NCBI GenBank assembly: GCA_963803115.1
Contig: CAWDLN010000003.1
Location: 372,304 to 436,303, forward strand
From: an uncultured Actinomycetota bacterium
GTDB lineage: Bacteria; Actinomycetota; Actinomycetes; Mycobacteriales; Micromonosporaceae
Length of the DNA stretch: 64,000 bases
Reading direction: 5' to 3'
Part shown: positions 18,695 to 31,495 of the stretch, one piece after another
How positions within the stretch are numbered: position 1 is the stretch's first letter
How the letters are laid out: the number at the start of each line of letters is the position of its first letter
Notes under the pieces: generated by a model
Databases searched by the model: none
Told to the model about the DNA's origin: nothing
What the model saw: the letters and a program-made list of their open reading frames with translations, nothing else
Translations under genes and position numbers: made by a program

Positions 18695-19651
18695 GTGGCG
18701 CCCGAATCAGGCGACGAGCTGACGTGGATCGTGCTGGTGCGCGACCTCTCCGACGTGGCCGCCGTCAGCGGCCAGGAGAGGACGTTTGTATCGTTGGTCC
18801 TCGATGCCGACACCGGCCTCGCTCGAGGTGTCGCACTGGGACAGACCGTCAGCGAAGCGAGAACGGCGGCCATGACCTCGGCCGCGACGACGGCCGTTGC
18901 GCCATTCGCCGAGGCGGGACCCCCGAGTCGGGTCCTGTGCGCGCCGGGTGCCGGGGAGGACATGGCAACCGATGTCATCGCCGCCCTCGGCGGTGGCGCC
19001 CTGCCGCTCATCGCCGAGGTGCCGATGCCACCCGAGGCCGAGGACATCCTCGATGAGCTGGTGGGGCATCTGTCCGGCCGGAACCTGCCCGACGAGCTGC
19101 CCCAGGCCGAGGACTGGGAGGCGCTGGTCTCCCGAACCTTGGACTACGCCGAGACCGAGCCGTGGCAGGCGTGGCCCGACGACCTTCAGCTGCGGCTCGT
19201 CGTCAGTCTCGCCGATCAGTCCATGTCCTACGTGGCCGTCGTGATCGGTCGAGACGGACTGCAGGCTGGGCTGGTGCTCTATCCCGGGCGGGAACAGAAG
19301 GACGTCGTGGTACCGGGCGACGACTGGCAGCCCGAGGATCCGCTGCCGTTCCTGGACGGCTCGCTGCTGCTGCACCTCAACCCGCCCGACGACACGCTCG
19401 CGGACATGGCCGCCAAGGCGATCCGGTACGGCTGGCCCGAGGACGCCACCTGGATGCCGGTCTGGCTCACCGCGGGCCCGGATGGATTCGCCGACCTAGA
19501 TCGGACCCAGGCGATCCATCTGACCGTCGCACTGGCCGGCGTTCTCGCCCGCCATCGAAAATCCGGCGCCGCGAAGAAGTCCGCCAAGACGACCGGCACG
19601 CTGGCCCTGCCCGGCGGAGCGGGTCGGTTCACGATCACTGACCTACGGTGA
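18695..19651 (+). CDS. hypothetical acidic protein
   Basis: 318-aa ORF with GC3-rich codons; no recognisable motif; stop overlaps the purD start region. Confidence 0.5.
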   Translation: MAPESGDELTWIVLVRDLSDVAAVSGQERTFVSLVLDADTGLARGVALGQTVSEARTAAMTSAATTAVAPFAEAGPPSRVLCAPGAGEDMATDVIAALGGGALPLIAEVPMPPEAEDILDELVGHLSGRNLPDELPQAEDWEALVSRTLDYAETEPWQAWPDDLQLRLVVSLADQSMSYVAVVIGRDGLQAGLVLYPGREQKDVVVPGDDWQPEDPLPFLDGSLLLHLNPPDDTLADMAAKAIRYGWPEDATWMPVWLTAGPDGFADLDRTQAIHLTVALAGVLARHRKSGAAKKSAKTTGTLALPGGAGRFTITDLR

Positions 19652-19656
19652 GCACC

Positions 19657-20874
19657 ATGCGCGTACTTGTGGTCGGCGGCGGCGGTCGGGAACACGCCCT
19701 CGTCAGCGCGTTGGCCGCCGATCCTTCGGTGTCCCTTGTGGTGGTTGCTCCCGGCAACCCAGGCATGGCCGCGGTCGCAGAGCTGCGCGCAGTTGACCCG
19801 CTCGACCCGGTCGCGGTGGCGCGGCTCGCGGTAGACGAGCGCATCGACCTCGTCGTGATCGGGCCGGAGGCTCCCTTGGTGGCCGGGACGGCGGACGCGG
19901 TCCGCGCGAGCGGTATCGCCTGCTTCGGTCCGTCGGCCGCGGCGGCCCGGCTCGAGAGCTCGAAGGCGTTCGCCAAGGAGATCATGGCCTCCGCTGGCGC
20001 CCCGACTGCCCAGTCGTTCCTCTGCACCAGCCAGGCCGAGGCGGAGGTCGCGCTCAAGACCTTTGGCCCCCCATACGTCGTGAAGAACGACGGGCTCGCC
20101 GCGGGCAAGGGCGTGGTGGTGACCGACGACTACGAGGTCGCCTTGGCTCACGCCGTCGAATGTGGACGGACCGTCATCGAGGAGTACCTGGACGGGCCGG
20201 AGCTGTCCCTATTCGTCGTCACCGACGGAGCGGCGGCGGTGCCATTGTTGCTCGCCCAGGACTACAAACGGGTCGGTGATGGCGACGTCGGGCCCAACAC
20301 CGGCGGCATGGGTGCGTATGCCCCGATCGTCTGGGCCCCGCCGGATCTGGTGCCAACCGTACTGTCCACAGTGGTCAATCCGGTGCTCGCCTCGATGGCG
20401 GGCCGGGGTACGCCGTTCGCCGGGCTGCTCTACGTCGGACTGGCGCTGACCTCAAACGGAGCCAAGGTGGTGGAGTTCAACGCCCGGTTCGGGGACCCGG
20501 AGGCCCAGGTGATCCTGCCGCTGCTCGAGTCGAGCCCGGCCCAGCTGCTGCACGCCGCCGCGACGGGCGTTCTCACCGACCTCCCGCCATTGCGGTGGCG
20601 CGACGCGTCGGCGGTCACGGTGGTCATCGCATCCGCGGGGTACCCCACGGCGGGCCGCAAGGGCGACGTCATTACCGGCGCGGATGGTCCCGGCTTCATC
20701 CACGCCGGCACCGCCCTCACGCCCGACGGAGCCCTCATCGCCACCGGCGGACGCACGCTGTGCTGCACCGCCGTCGCCGGCACCCTCGGCGAGGCCCGTT
20801 CCCGCGCGTACGAGTTGGTGCGACGGGTGCACCTCGACGGCGCCGTCTACCGCACCGATATCGCCGCGCTCTGA
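19657..20874 (+). CDS. purD: phosphoribosylamine--glycine ligase
   Basis: MRVLVVGGGGREHALVSALAADPSV...ATP-grasp motifs. Confidence 0.9.
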   Translation: MRVLVVGGGGREHALVSALAADPSVSLVVVAPGNPGMAAVAELRAVDPLDPVAVARLAVDERIDLVVIGPEAPLVAGTADAVRASGIACFGPSAAAARLESSKAFAKEIMASAGAPTAQSFLCTSQAEAEVALKTFGPPYVVKNDGLAAGKGVVVTDDYEVALAHAVECGRTVIEEYLDGPELSLFVVTDGAAAVPLLLAQDYKRVGDGDVGPNTGGMGAYAPIVWAPPDLVPTVLSTVVNPVLASMAGRGTPFAGLLYVGLALTSNGAKVVEFNARFGDPEAQVILPLLESSPAQLLHAAATGVLTDLPPLRWRDASAVTVVIASAGYPTAGRKGDVITGADGPGFIHAGTALTPDGALIATGGRTLCCTAVAGTLGEARSRAYELVRRVHLDGAVYRTDIAAL

Positions 20875-20880
20875 CCGTAG

Positions 20881-20941
20881 GGGCACCTTCGGCGCGAGGA
20901 AGGTGCCCTTCATGGCCCGAATCCGTATGGAAGGTGCCCTT
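20881..20941. terminator. hairpin (gggcaccttc-N8-gaaggtgccc) plus an extra GAAGGTGCCCTT half-site between convergent purD and typA
   Basis: Read directly; same core as the rpsA hairpin (3859-3900). Confidence 0.5.
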
Positions 20942-20949
20942 CCTTTGCA

Positions 20950-22854
<1,905 letters not shown>

Positions 22855-22961
22855 TGTCCTGGCCGGTGCCGTTCGCCCGGCCGTGACCCCGGGCCGATGT
22901 GACCCCTGCCCTTGGGCGCGGGTGGGCCTGCCTGGGATGATTTCGTTCGGGAGGAACGACG

Positions 22962-24362
22962 GTGCTGGATGTGATCGCGTGGCTCGGCGAGGTGCCGCCG
23001 ATCCTGGTCTATGTCGTCGCCGCTGCCCTGGTCTTCACCGAGACCGGGTTGATCATCGGGCTGGTGCTGCCGGGTGAGGTGACGCTGATCTTCGTCGGTT
23101 TCCTCTGCTCGATCGGAACGATCGACCCCGTACCCGCCGCGGCGACCATGATCATCGCGGCGCTGGCGGGAGATTCGGTCGGATTCAATGAAGGCCGCCG
23201 GTACGGTCGCCGGCTCGAGGCCTCGCGGCTTGGCCAATGGGTCGGCGAACAACGGTGGGCCAAGGCGGACGCTCTGCTTGACCGTCACGGTGGTCGGGCC
23301 GTGTTTTTGGGGCGGTACGTCGCATTTGCCAGGACGCTCATGCCGCGACTGAGCGCGATGGCCGGCATGACCTACCGGCGCTTCGTCCGCTGGGACATCC
23401 TGGGCGTGACCACGCAGGTGATCGCCTCGATCGCCATTGGCTACCTGGCCGGCGGCTCCTACCGTCTCGCGGCGGAGCTGCTTGGCCGGGCCACCGGCGC
23501 ATTTCTCTTGCTCCTGTTGGTGCTCCTCGCGCTTGTCCTGTTTGGACGGTACCTCGGCCGGCACCCGGACCCGGTCACCTCGTTCGGCGACCGGATCGGC
23601 CAATGGGTTCCGCTGCGCCTGCTGGATCGGGCGTACGACTCGGTCTTCCGCTGGCTCACTGCGCGCCTCGGTGTGAGCGGCGCGGTGTTCACCAGCATCG
23701 TTCTCGGTGTCGTCCTGCTCCTTGGTGCGGGCGTCGCACTGACGATCGTCATCGATCTCCTGGTTTCGCAGAGCGGCATTCCGTTGGTCGATCCGCTGGT
23801 CGCCGACTGGTTCGCGGCTCAGCGCTCGCCCGGTACGGTCGACGCCGCGACGACGATGCTCTCCCTGCTCCGGGGCTCCTACCTGGTGGTGGCGGCGGGA
23901 TTGGTCGGGCTCGTGCTCAACCGCCGTCCGGCCCGCTGGCGCTCCGATCTCCTGGGCGTGGTCGGCACGATCGGTGCCTTCGTCCCGCTCGTCATCCTCG
24001 CGATCGCCACGGACTTCGCCCGTCCCGGCCGCTCGGACGTGCCGGGCGAGCAGGCTCCGTTCGCCAACCAGATCACCCTGGCCACGGCGAGCGTGGGTCT
24101 CGTGGCCTGGCTGCTGACCCGTCAGCCGCTTGGCTGGGGCGGCCGCGTCGCGAGCTGGACCGCCGCCGTCGGCGTCGTGTTGGTGATCTGCGCGGCGCGG
24201 CTCTACCTGGGCTGGAACTGGCCTAGTGAGGTGGTGGCGTCGGTGCTGCTCGGCGCGGCGTGGGTGGTCGTCTTCGCGGTCGCGTGGCGTACCCGTGACC
24301 GGATCCGCGCCAGCGACCCGGAGGCCGAGAAAACCCTCGCCGGTGCTCCTCGAGTGCGGTGA
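22962..24362 (+). CDS. DedA/VTT-domain membrane protein fused to a degenerate PAP2-like C-terminal domain
   Basis: N-terminus [19 protein letters not shown]...[14 protein letters not shown] (DedA). C-terminus [22 protein letters not shown] resembles PAP2 motif 3 with His/Asp replaced. GTG start with GGGAGGAA RBS. Confidence 0.65.
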   Translation: MLDVIAWLGEVPPILVYVVAAALVFTETGLIIGLVLPGEVTLIFVGFLCSIGTIDPVPAAATMIIAALAGDSVGFNEGRRYGRRLEASRLGQWVGEQRWAKADALLDRHGGRAVFLGRYVAFARTLMPRLSAMAGMTYRRFVRWDILGVTTQVIASIAIGYLAGGSYRLAAELLGRATGAFLLLLLVLLALVLFGRYLGRHPDPVTSFGDRIGQWVPLRLLDRAYDSVFRWLTARLGVSGAVFTSIVLGVVLLLGAGVALTIVIDLLVSQSGIPLVDPLVADWFAAQRSPGTVDAATTMLSLLRGSYLVVAAGLVGLVLNRRPARWRSDLLGVVGTIGAFVPLVILAIATDFARPGRSDVPGEQAPFANQITLATASVGLVAWLLTRQPLGWGGRVASWTAAVGVVLVICAARLYLGWNWPSEVVASVLLGAAWVVVFAVAWRTRDRIRASDPEAEKTLAGAPRVR

Positions 24363-24421
24363 CGTCTGACCATTCGACGGACGTCGGGTAAGGTCGGTCG
24401 GGCAACGGGGAGGAACGACCT

Positions 24422-25522
24422 ATGCACCCATATGAAAACGACGTCACGAGAGAACTACCCACGGTTAGTGAGGAGCGCTGGACCTTCAACCAGCACCCGG
24501 TTCCTCGTCCACCCATCGATCCCGGTCAGGCCGACGACACCTATCCGATGCGACCGAGTCTCACACCACCGAGGCATCGCAGCCGGCGCCGGAGCTACGA
24601 ACCGTACGAGCCGCGTCAGGATGACCCTCCGTGGTGGCGCCGTCGCTCAACGATGGCCGTCGGCTTGAGCTTTGTCGCAGTGCTGGTGATAGGTACGGCC
24701 GGATTCGTCCTACTCCGACCCGACGACAAACCGTCGCGATTAACAGTCGGTCCAGGGCCGATGTCGAGCACCGCCGAGTCGGCCACGCCCTCGCCGACCC
24801 CGTCACCGACGCCGTCGCCATCCCTGTCGCCGAGTGCCTCCCGGACTCCGGCGGCCGCGCGGACCAACCATCCAGTCCCCACCGCGCCGCCGAAGACCAA
24901 GCCCCCCGCAGCGGAGAAGCCGCCGGCCCCCGTGCCACAACCGACGACCGCGAACACCTCGTGCCCGACATACAACGGCACCAATGCGTCGAAGCCACAG
25001 GTGCGCGACGCGCTCGTCTCGGCCGGCGCCAAACAGTATTGGCAGGGCGTGCAACTACCGGCCGATTACGTGGGCCCGCTGGTGCCGATCACTGTGCCGT
25101 CCAACCTGATGAAGGCGATCGCCTGGCAGGAGAGCGGTTGGCAGTCGGCCATCGTGGCCTGCGACGGCGGCATCGGGACGATGCAGTTGATGGCCGGCAC
25201 GGTGAGCCAGATCAACAGCCGGTTCGGCGAGAACTACAACCCGAACACCTTGGTCGGCAACACCGAACTGGGGGCGAACTACCTCGAGTGGCTGATCATG
25301 TACTTCGGCCTCTTCTACTACGGGCAGAACTTCGACTTATCGGTCGCCGCGCCGGTTGGCAAGAACAACGAGGAATTGGCTCTGCTCGATGTGGTCGTCG
25401 CTGCCTACAACGTCGGGCCCGCCGCGCTCGAGAACTCGGACAACTCCCTCTCGATCCCGAACTGGCAATACGTGAACAATGTCGAGGCTCTCATGACGAA
25501 CTGCCCGTGCCTCAGCTACTGA
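24422..25522 (+). CDS. membrane-anchored lytic transglycosylase-like protein (SLT/lysozyme-like domain)
   Basis: TM MAVGLSFVAVLVIGTAGFVLL, a Pro/Ser/Thr linker, then AIAWQESGWQ...GIGTMQLM (catalytic Glu motif). Confidence 0.65.
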   Translation: MHPYENDVTRELPTVSEERWTFNQHPVPRPPIDPGQADDTYPMRPSLTPPRHRSRRRSYEPYEPRQDDPPWWRRRSTMAVGLSFVAVLVIGTAGFVLLRPDDKPSRLTVGPGPMSSTAESATPSPTPSPTPSPSLSPSASRTPAAARTNHPVPTAPPKTKPPAAEKPPAPVPQPTTANTSCPTYNGTNASKPQVRDALVSAGAKQYWQGVQLPADYVGPLVPITVPSNLMKAIAWQESGWQSAIVACDGGIGTMQLMAGTVSQINSRFGENYNPNTLVGNTELGANYLEWLIMYFGLFYYGQNFDLSVAAPVGKNNEELALLDVVVAAYNVGPAALENSDNSLSIPNWQYVNNVEALMTNCPCLSY

Positions 25523-25538
25523 CAGGTAATCTCGACGG

Positions 25539-27218
25539 GTGACGCTCGCCGCAGTCTCGCCGGTCAGCTCGTTGGCGGCGCGTCTGCTGGGGCTCTCGCC
25601 GCCGCTGACGCACGACGTCAGGGTGCGTCGTGATGTCGCGGTTCGGGTTCGGGACGGGGTGATCCTCCGAACGGATCACTACGCACCCGTGTTGGATGGC
25701 GCACCGACGGTACTGATTCGCACGCCATACGGCCGGGGCGGCGTGACCGGCATCGCCGGCCGGGTCCTGGCCGAGCGTGGCTTCCATGTGGTGATGCAGA
25801 GCTGCCGCGGCACCGGTGGATCGGGCGGGGTCTTCGAGCCTCTGATCCACGAACGTGACGACGGACTGGACACAGTGGACTGGTTGCGGCGCCAGCCCTG
25901 GTTCAACGGCCGGCTCGGGATGTTCGGCCCAAGCTATGTGGGCTACACGCAGTGGGCGATCGCCGACGTGCCGGAGCTCGCCGCCTTGGCGACGGTGGTC
26001 ACGGCGTCGTCCTTCCGGGATCCCGTCTACGCCGGCGACGCGTTCGCACTGTTCACGACTCTCGCGTGGGTGTCCATTCTGCGGGCCCAGACCGGACCGT
26101 GGCTTGCCGGTACGGTCGAGGCCTTCCGCGGCCAGCCCAGGCTCCAGCGCGCGTTCGCCCATCTCCCGCTGGTGGAGGCCGACGAGCGGGCGACCGGAGC
26201 CGAGGTCTCCTTCTTCCGCCGTTGGCTCGCTCTCGCCGGCACCGACGGACTCGAGCGGGACGCGTACTGGGGCGCGCTCGACCACGCCGGCCTCCTGGAA
26301 CGACTCACGGCGCCGGTGCTCATGGTCGGGGGCTGGCACGACATCTTCCTGCCGTGGCAGTTGCGCGACTATGCCGCGCTGCGGGCGGCTGGCGCGAACC
26401 CGTACCTGACCATCGGCCCGTGGACCCACGGGAGCAACGGCCTGTTCGCCGCGTCGCTGCGGGAGAGCATTGACTGGCTCCGGGCGCACCTTCGCGGCGA
26501 ACGCGATCGGCTTCGGCAGCAGCCGGTGCGCGTCTTCGTGGTGGGCGCAGACGCCTGGCGCGAGTACGACTCCTGGCCGCCGCCGCGACAGTCCCAATCG
26601 TGGTACCTGGGACCCGAGGGGCGTCTCGCGCCAGCACCACCGCTAACGTCTACTGTGGACCGATTTCGTTTCGACCCACTCGATCCAACCCCCATGGTCG
26701 GCGGTCCGCTGCTACTCGCCAGCTTCGCCGGCCCCAAGGACAACCGGGCGGTCGAGGCGCGGCCGGACGTGCTCGTGTACTCAGGTGAGCCGCTCGGGCG
26801 CGACTTCGAGATCGTGGGACCGGTCACGGCAGTGCTCAAGGTCCGGGGCTCCCGGCCGTACCACGACGTCTTCGTCCGGCTCTGCGACGTGGAACCGGCC
26901 GGACGGTCGGTCAACGTGTGCGACGGCCTCGCCCGGATCACGCCCGAATCGCACACACGCGACGGCGACGGTTGGGCCGAGGTGTCGATTGATCTGTGGC
27001 CCGCCGCTCATCGTTTCCGGGCCGGCCACCGGATTCGGGTGCAGGTCAGCGGCGGGGCCCACCCGCGCTATGCCCGCAACCCCGGCACGGCCGAGCCACT
27101 CGGGACGACGACCGACCTCCGGCCGGTCGACCTCGAGGTGTCTCACGGACCGTCGATGGTGTGCCTGCCGGGGGGCGGGCCCGAAGGGCAGGGGGGCGGG
27201 GAAAGCAAAGCTGGATGA
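25539..27218 (+). CDS. CocE/NonD family hydrolase (S15 X-Pro dipeptidyl-peptidase-like)
   Basis: VLIRTPYGRGG...VVMQSCRGTGGSGG...RQPWFNGRLGMFGPSYVGYTQW...; 559 aa. Confidence 0.8.
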   Translation: MTLAAVSPVSSLAARLLGLSPPLTHDVRVRRDVAVRVRDGVILRTDHYAPVLDGAPTVLIRTPYGRGGVTGIAGRVLAERGFHVVMQSCRGTGGSGGVFEPLIHERDDGLDTVDWLRRQPWFNGRLGMFGPSYVGYTQWAIADVPELAALATVVTASSFRDPVYAGDAFALFTTLAWVSILRAQTGPWLAGTVEAFRGQPRLQRAFAHLPLVEADERATGAEVSFFRRWLALAGTDGLERDAYWGALDHAGLLERLTAPVLMVGGWHDIFLPWQLRDYAALRAAGANPYLTIGPWTHGSNGLFAASLRESIDWLRAHLRGERDRLRQQPVRVFVVGADAWREYDSWPPPRQSQSWYLGPEGRLAPAPPLTSTVDRFRFDPLDPTPMVGGPLLLASFAGPKDNRAVEARPDVLVYSGEPLGRDFEIVGPVTAVLKVRGSRPYHDVFVRLCDVEPAGRSVNVCDGLARITPESHTRDGDGWAEVSIDLWPAAHRFRAGHRIRVQVSGGAHPRYARNPGTAEPLGTTTDLRPVDLEVSHGPSMVCLPGGGPEGQGGGESKAG

Positions 27219-27230
27219 GCCCGGCTGGCT

Positions 27231-27560
27231 ATCCTTCCTGCTCCAGTTCCCAGAGTGCCGGGGTGTTCGGTGGCTCCCAGCCGGGCAATGACACGTGCGC
27301 TTGGCGGGCCCGGTACGTCAGGCCATTGTGGACAACACGGTCTCCGACCTCGTAGGCGACCTGCGGCTGCCAGGTCGGCGTTTCGCCGGAGGCCGTGCAC
27401 CTATCGGTGTCATCCAGTTTCTCGTTCCCGCAGGGTTGCCCGTGAACCGTCGCCCCAGGCTCTCCGTTGCCGGAACGGTGAGGCGATGGATGAAGTTCAT
27501 GGCACGCGCGTGAATGGTCAGGGTCATCTCTGTAGTCGTGCTGCTGTCGGTCGGGGTTGT
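27231..27560 (-). pseudogene. orphan CBM5/12 (chitin-binding type 3) domain remnant without start codon
   Basis: Minus frame ending at TAG (comp 27228-27230): TWQPQVAYEVGDRVVHNGLTYRARQAHVSLPGWEPPNTPALWELEQEG fits the ChtBD3 consensus W..Y..GD.V.hNG..Y.A....WEP....ALW. The frame opens right after a TAG and has no start codon or upstream catalytic domain. Confidence 0.4.
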
Positions 27561-28108
27561 CCTAGCTACTACGATCCCGGCCGATGCAAAGCTCATCGCT
27601 GACATCGATGCGGCGCGAAATACGCCCCGTTCCGCGTTTGGGATTCTCAACTGCGATGGGCCCGGATCGATCAGCGTGGTCACCGATGAGTCCCGTGGCA
27701 AGGTCTGGCGGTTCCACAAGCCTGCCGACTCCAGTCGTTGTGAGGCGCACGGATTCAAGGTGAACGGTTCCATGTTCGCGACCCGCAACAACGCGACGTA
27801 CTGCTCTGCGTGGTCGAGCCGGATGTCGACGGTCGTGGATACGAACGCGGTGTTCCACGACGCCGGCGCCGGCAACGTCGAGCTCCCGTCAGCCGACACC
27901 GACCAAGTCGCCGCGGCCGACCCCGTCCGACGCTGGCAACACCCAAGCAGGGGGCCCCGAAGCCGGCGACCCCGAAGCCGGCGAGGTCGTGACGGCCAAC
28001 AATGCCTCTCTATCCAAGGCCTTTATCGCCGCCGCCGTCCTGCTCTGTGCCATCCCGGTCGCGCTCGGATTCGTTTCGGCTCGGCGGCGAAGGGCGCGCA
28101 ACGATTGA
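27514..28108 (+). pseudogene. secreted protein (signal peptide) whose C-terminal membrane anchor lies in the +1 frame (apparent frameshift near 27890)
   Basis: Frame 1: MVRVISVVVLLSVGVVLATTIPADA...WRFHKPADSSRCEAHGFKVNGSMFATRNNATYCSAW..., then an Arg-rich junk tail. Frame +1: PTPTKSPRPTPS...ANNASLSKAFIAAAVLLCAIPVALGFVSARRRRARND-stop (TM plus basic tail). Contains a 15-bp x2 tandem repeat at 27955-27984. Confidence 0.4.
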
Positions 28109-28109
28109 C

Positions 28110-28810
28110 TTAGTCCTTAGTGGACGGTCGCAGCGCAGGGGATAGTCCGAGCACAGTGGATCGTTGGAGGCTCGGTCCCGTCACCAGCGCGAAGGCTAAC
28201 CCGGTCAGTGTGCCAACGACCACGAGGGGCCGAGCCGATGGAAAGTCCTCGGGGCGCAACCAATGCACAACCTCGACGAGACCAAGCCTCGCGACGATGA
28301 ATCCTGCCATCAGACCGAGGATCAAGCCACCCAGACTGAGCCATGGCCATGCGCCCGACCGGTCCATGAATCGTCGCAGGACGAGCCATTGGCAGGCGCC
28401 CGGCAGTAGGCCGACGAGCAGACCGACCGGCACGCCGATGAGCACCATGCGTGTCCATCCGATGTCGGGTCCAACGTCGGAGATCTTTCCGCCGATTGCT
28501 CCGGACAGGGCGCCGCCCGACCGGCCGACCAGAATCCAACCCAGCATCGTGGCGGGAATCCACCAGACCGACACCCGCAGTGCTCGGCGAAGAACCAACC
28601 ACCGTGCTGCTCCGATGAGCAGGCCAAAGATCGTCAGGCTGATGGCGGGTGTTCACGGCCTCGATCCGGGCGGCTCGCCCGGCCGACGTGGTGACGCCGA
28701 AGTATGGCTGCATCTGCTGCCGCTGGAGGGCGCCGACCACGGCTCCGGCGAGGGCGAAACCGCCAACGTTGGCGACCAGCCTGAGCCACCGGGTCTGGCG
28801 CGTCTCCATG
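28110..28810 (-). pseudogene. multi-TM membrane protein split over two frames (frameshift near 28640-28660)
   Basis: Frame A: METRQTRWLRLVANVGGFALAGAVVGAL...RIEAV. Frame B: ISLTIFGLLIGAARWLVLRRALRVSVWWIPATMLGWILVG... to the stop at 28110. Paralog of the intact gene at 61989-62603. Confidence 0.45.
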
Positions 28811-28822
28811 TGCACTCCAGGG

Positions 28823-31179
28823 TCACTCGGTGAGGCCAGCGCGGCGTAGTGCGTCGGCGAGGGCCGTGTTGGATCCGTCGGAGGTCGGCCCCCCGCGGCC
28901 GCGCCCCGGGGCAGGCGGTCGACCACCCCGATCGTCGCGTTGGTCTCGACCGTCCCGGGGCGATCGACCGGGGCGAGCCGAGGTTGCCTCGTCGTCGAGG
29001 CGCAGGGTGAGGGATATCCGCTTGCGGGGGATGTCGACGTCGAGCACCTTCACCCGTACGACGTCCCCTGGTTTGACCACATCGCGCGGATCCTTGACAT
29101 AGGTGTGGGACAGGGCCGAGACGTGCACCAGACCGTCCTGGTGGACGCCGACGTCGACGAATGCGCCAAACGCGGCGACATTTGTCACGACGCCCTCGAG
29201 CACCATCCCGGCACGGAGGTCGGCGAGCGTCTCGACGCCGTCGGCGAAGGTGGCCGTCTTGAACGCCGGCCGAGGATCGCGTCCGGGCTTCTCCAGTTCC
29301 CTGAGGATGTCCGTGACGGTCGGCAGGCCGAAGGTGTCGTCGACGAACTCGTCCGGCTTCAGTCCACGAAGGACGGACGAGTTGCCGATCAGCACCTTGA
29401 GGTCGGTGCCCGTCGTCCGAAGGATCCGCCGTACCACGGGGTAGGCCTCCGGGTGCACGCTCGAGGCGTCCAGGGGGTCGTCACCCCCGGGGATGCGCAG
29501 GAAGCCGGCGCACTGCTCGAACGCCTTCGGGCCCAGCCGCGGGACCGACTTCAGTGCCGTCCGTGTACGGAATGGTCCGTTTGCGTCGCGGTGCGCCACG
29601 ATGTTGCCGGCGAGGCCCTCGCCGATCCCGGAAACCCTTGTCAGCAAGGGCACCGACGCGGTGTTCACGTCGACGCCAACCGCGTTGACGCAGTCCTCGA
29701 CGACCGCGTCGAGGCTGCGGGAGAGTTTGATCTCGGCGAGATCGTGCTGGTACTGGCCGACGCCGATCGACTTCGGGTCGATCTTCACCAGCTCGGCCAA
29801 GCGGGTCCTGCAGTCGCCGTGCGATCGAGACCGCGCCCCGCAACGACACATCCAGCCCGGGCAGCTCGGCCGACGCATAGGCCGACGCCGAGTAGACCGA
29901 GGCGCCGGCCTCGGAAACGACGATCTTGGTCAGGCCGGACACCAACGAGATGAGATCGCCGGCCAGCTTGTCGGTCTCCCGGGATGCGGTGCCGTTGCCG
30001 ATCGCGACCAACTCGACCTGGTGCGCCTTGGCGAGCCGGGCGAGAGTAGCCAATGCACTCTTGCCAGCGCTGCTGCGGCACGTGGGGGTAGATGGTGTCG
30101 GTCGCGACGACCTTGCCGGTGGCATCGACGACGGCCACCTTCACGCCGGTCCGGAATCCGGGGTCGAGGCCCATGGTGGCGCGGGTTCCGGCGGGAGCGG
30201 CGAGGAGCAGGTCGCGCAGATTGGCCGCGAAGACCCGTACCGCTTCGTCCTCGGCCGCCTGGAACAGGCGCATCCGAACGTCGATGCCGAGATGCGCGAG
30301 GATCCGCGTCCGCCAGGCCCAGCGGACCGTGTCGCCGAGCCACTTGTCGGCCGCGCGTCCGCGGTCCGCGATGCCGAACCGTACCGCGATCTCTTGCTCG
30401 TACTAGTCGGCCCGTCCGATCGCCGGCGCCTGGTCCGGCTCCATCGACAGATCGAGGATCTCCTCCTTCTCGCCCCGGAACATCGCCAGGATCCGGTGCG
30501 AGGGCAGTTTGGTGAACGGTTCCGAGAACTCGAAGTAGTCGGCGAACTTGGCCCCCGCTTCCTGCTTGCCCGGCCGTACCGTTGCCGCCACCCGGCCCTT
30601 CGCCCACATCTTCTCGCGCAGCGAACCGATCAGGTCCGCGTCTTCGGCGAAGCGCTCGACGAGGATCGCCCGCGCACCCTCGAGCGCCGCCGCGGCGTCG
30701 GCCACACCCCGGTCAGCGTCGACATAGGCCAGTGCGGTCGCCAGGGGTCCAGCGTCGGATCGCCGAGCAGCGCGTCGGCGAGTGGTTCGAGGCCAGCCTC
30801 CCGGGCGATCTGCGCCTTCGTGCGGCGCTTGGGCTTGTACGGCAGGTAGATGTCTTCGAGACGCGCCTTGGAGTCGGCGGCCATGAGCTGGTCGAGCAGC
30901 GCGTCGTCGAGCTTGCCCTGCGAGCGGATCGACTCGATGATCGCGGCCCGGCGGTCCTCCATCTCCCGGAGGTAGCGCAATCGCTCCTCGAGCGTGCGAA
31001 GCTGGGCGTCATCCAGCGACCCCGTGACCTCCTTGCGGTAGCGCGCGATGAACGGCACCGTCGCCCCGCCGTCGAGCAATTCGACCGCGGCGGCCACCTG
31101 TCCGTCGCGAACGCCGAGCTCATCCGCGATCCGCTGGCTGATCTTGCGCGCGGTGTCCGCTGGGGTCGCGTTGCTCACT
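28823..31179 (-). pseudogene. tex: transcription accessory protein Tex, disrupted by three frameshifts and one in-frame amber codon
   Basis: Pieces in different frames align colinearly with E. coli Tex: Tex_[15 protein letters not shown]; YqgF MRLFQAAEDEAV...[20 protein letters not shown]; [15 protein letters not shown]; HhH/S1 [20 protein letters not shown]...[17 protein letters not shown]. Lesions at about 30744-30747, 30403-30405 (cta, i.e. TAG), 30064-30075 and 29797-29801. Confidence 0.8.
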
Positions 31180-31495
31180 GAACCGCCTCTTCGCTCGTCG
31201 GGACGTCGGCGTGTCATTGTGCCGTCGCCCGCTGGTTGTTGTCGCGCCGGCTCGCGGAGCTTGACGCAATCGGCAAGATTGGTACGCGGTAGCGACGGGA
31301 GGCGGCATGAGCGAGAACCGCAACGTGTATCTGGACCAGGTGATGGCCCAGCAGGAGCGGCTGGAACAGGACTTGCGCTCGAAGCGGTCGCGCGCCGGCG
31401 CCAGCGGTGGCTCCAGCGGCCGGGGGCGTTCCGGCTCAGCGCGGCCGGGGCGGCGGCCGCGACTCCGGCGGCGCGACCGGAGCCGGCACCGTCGG

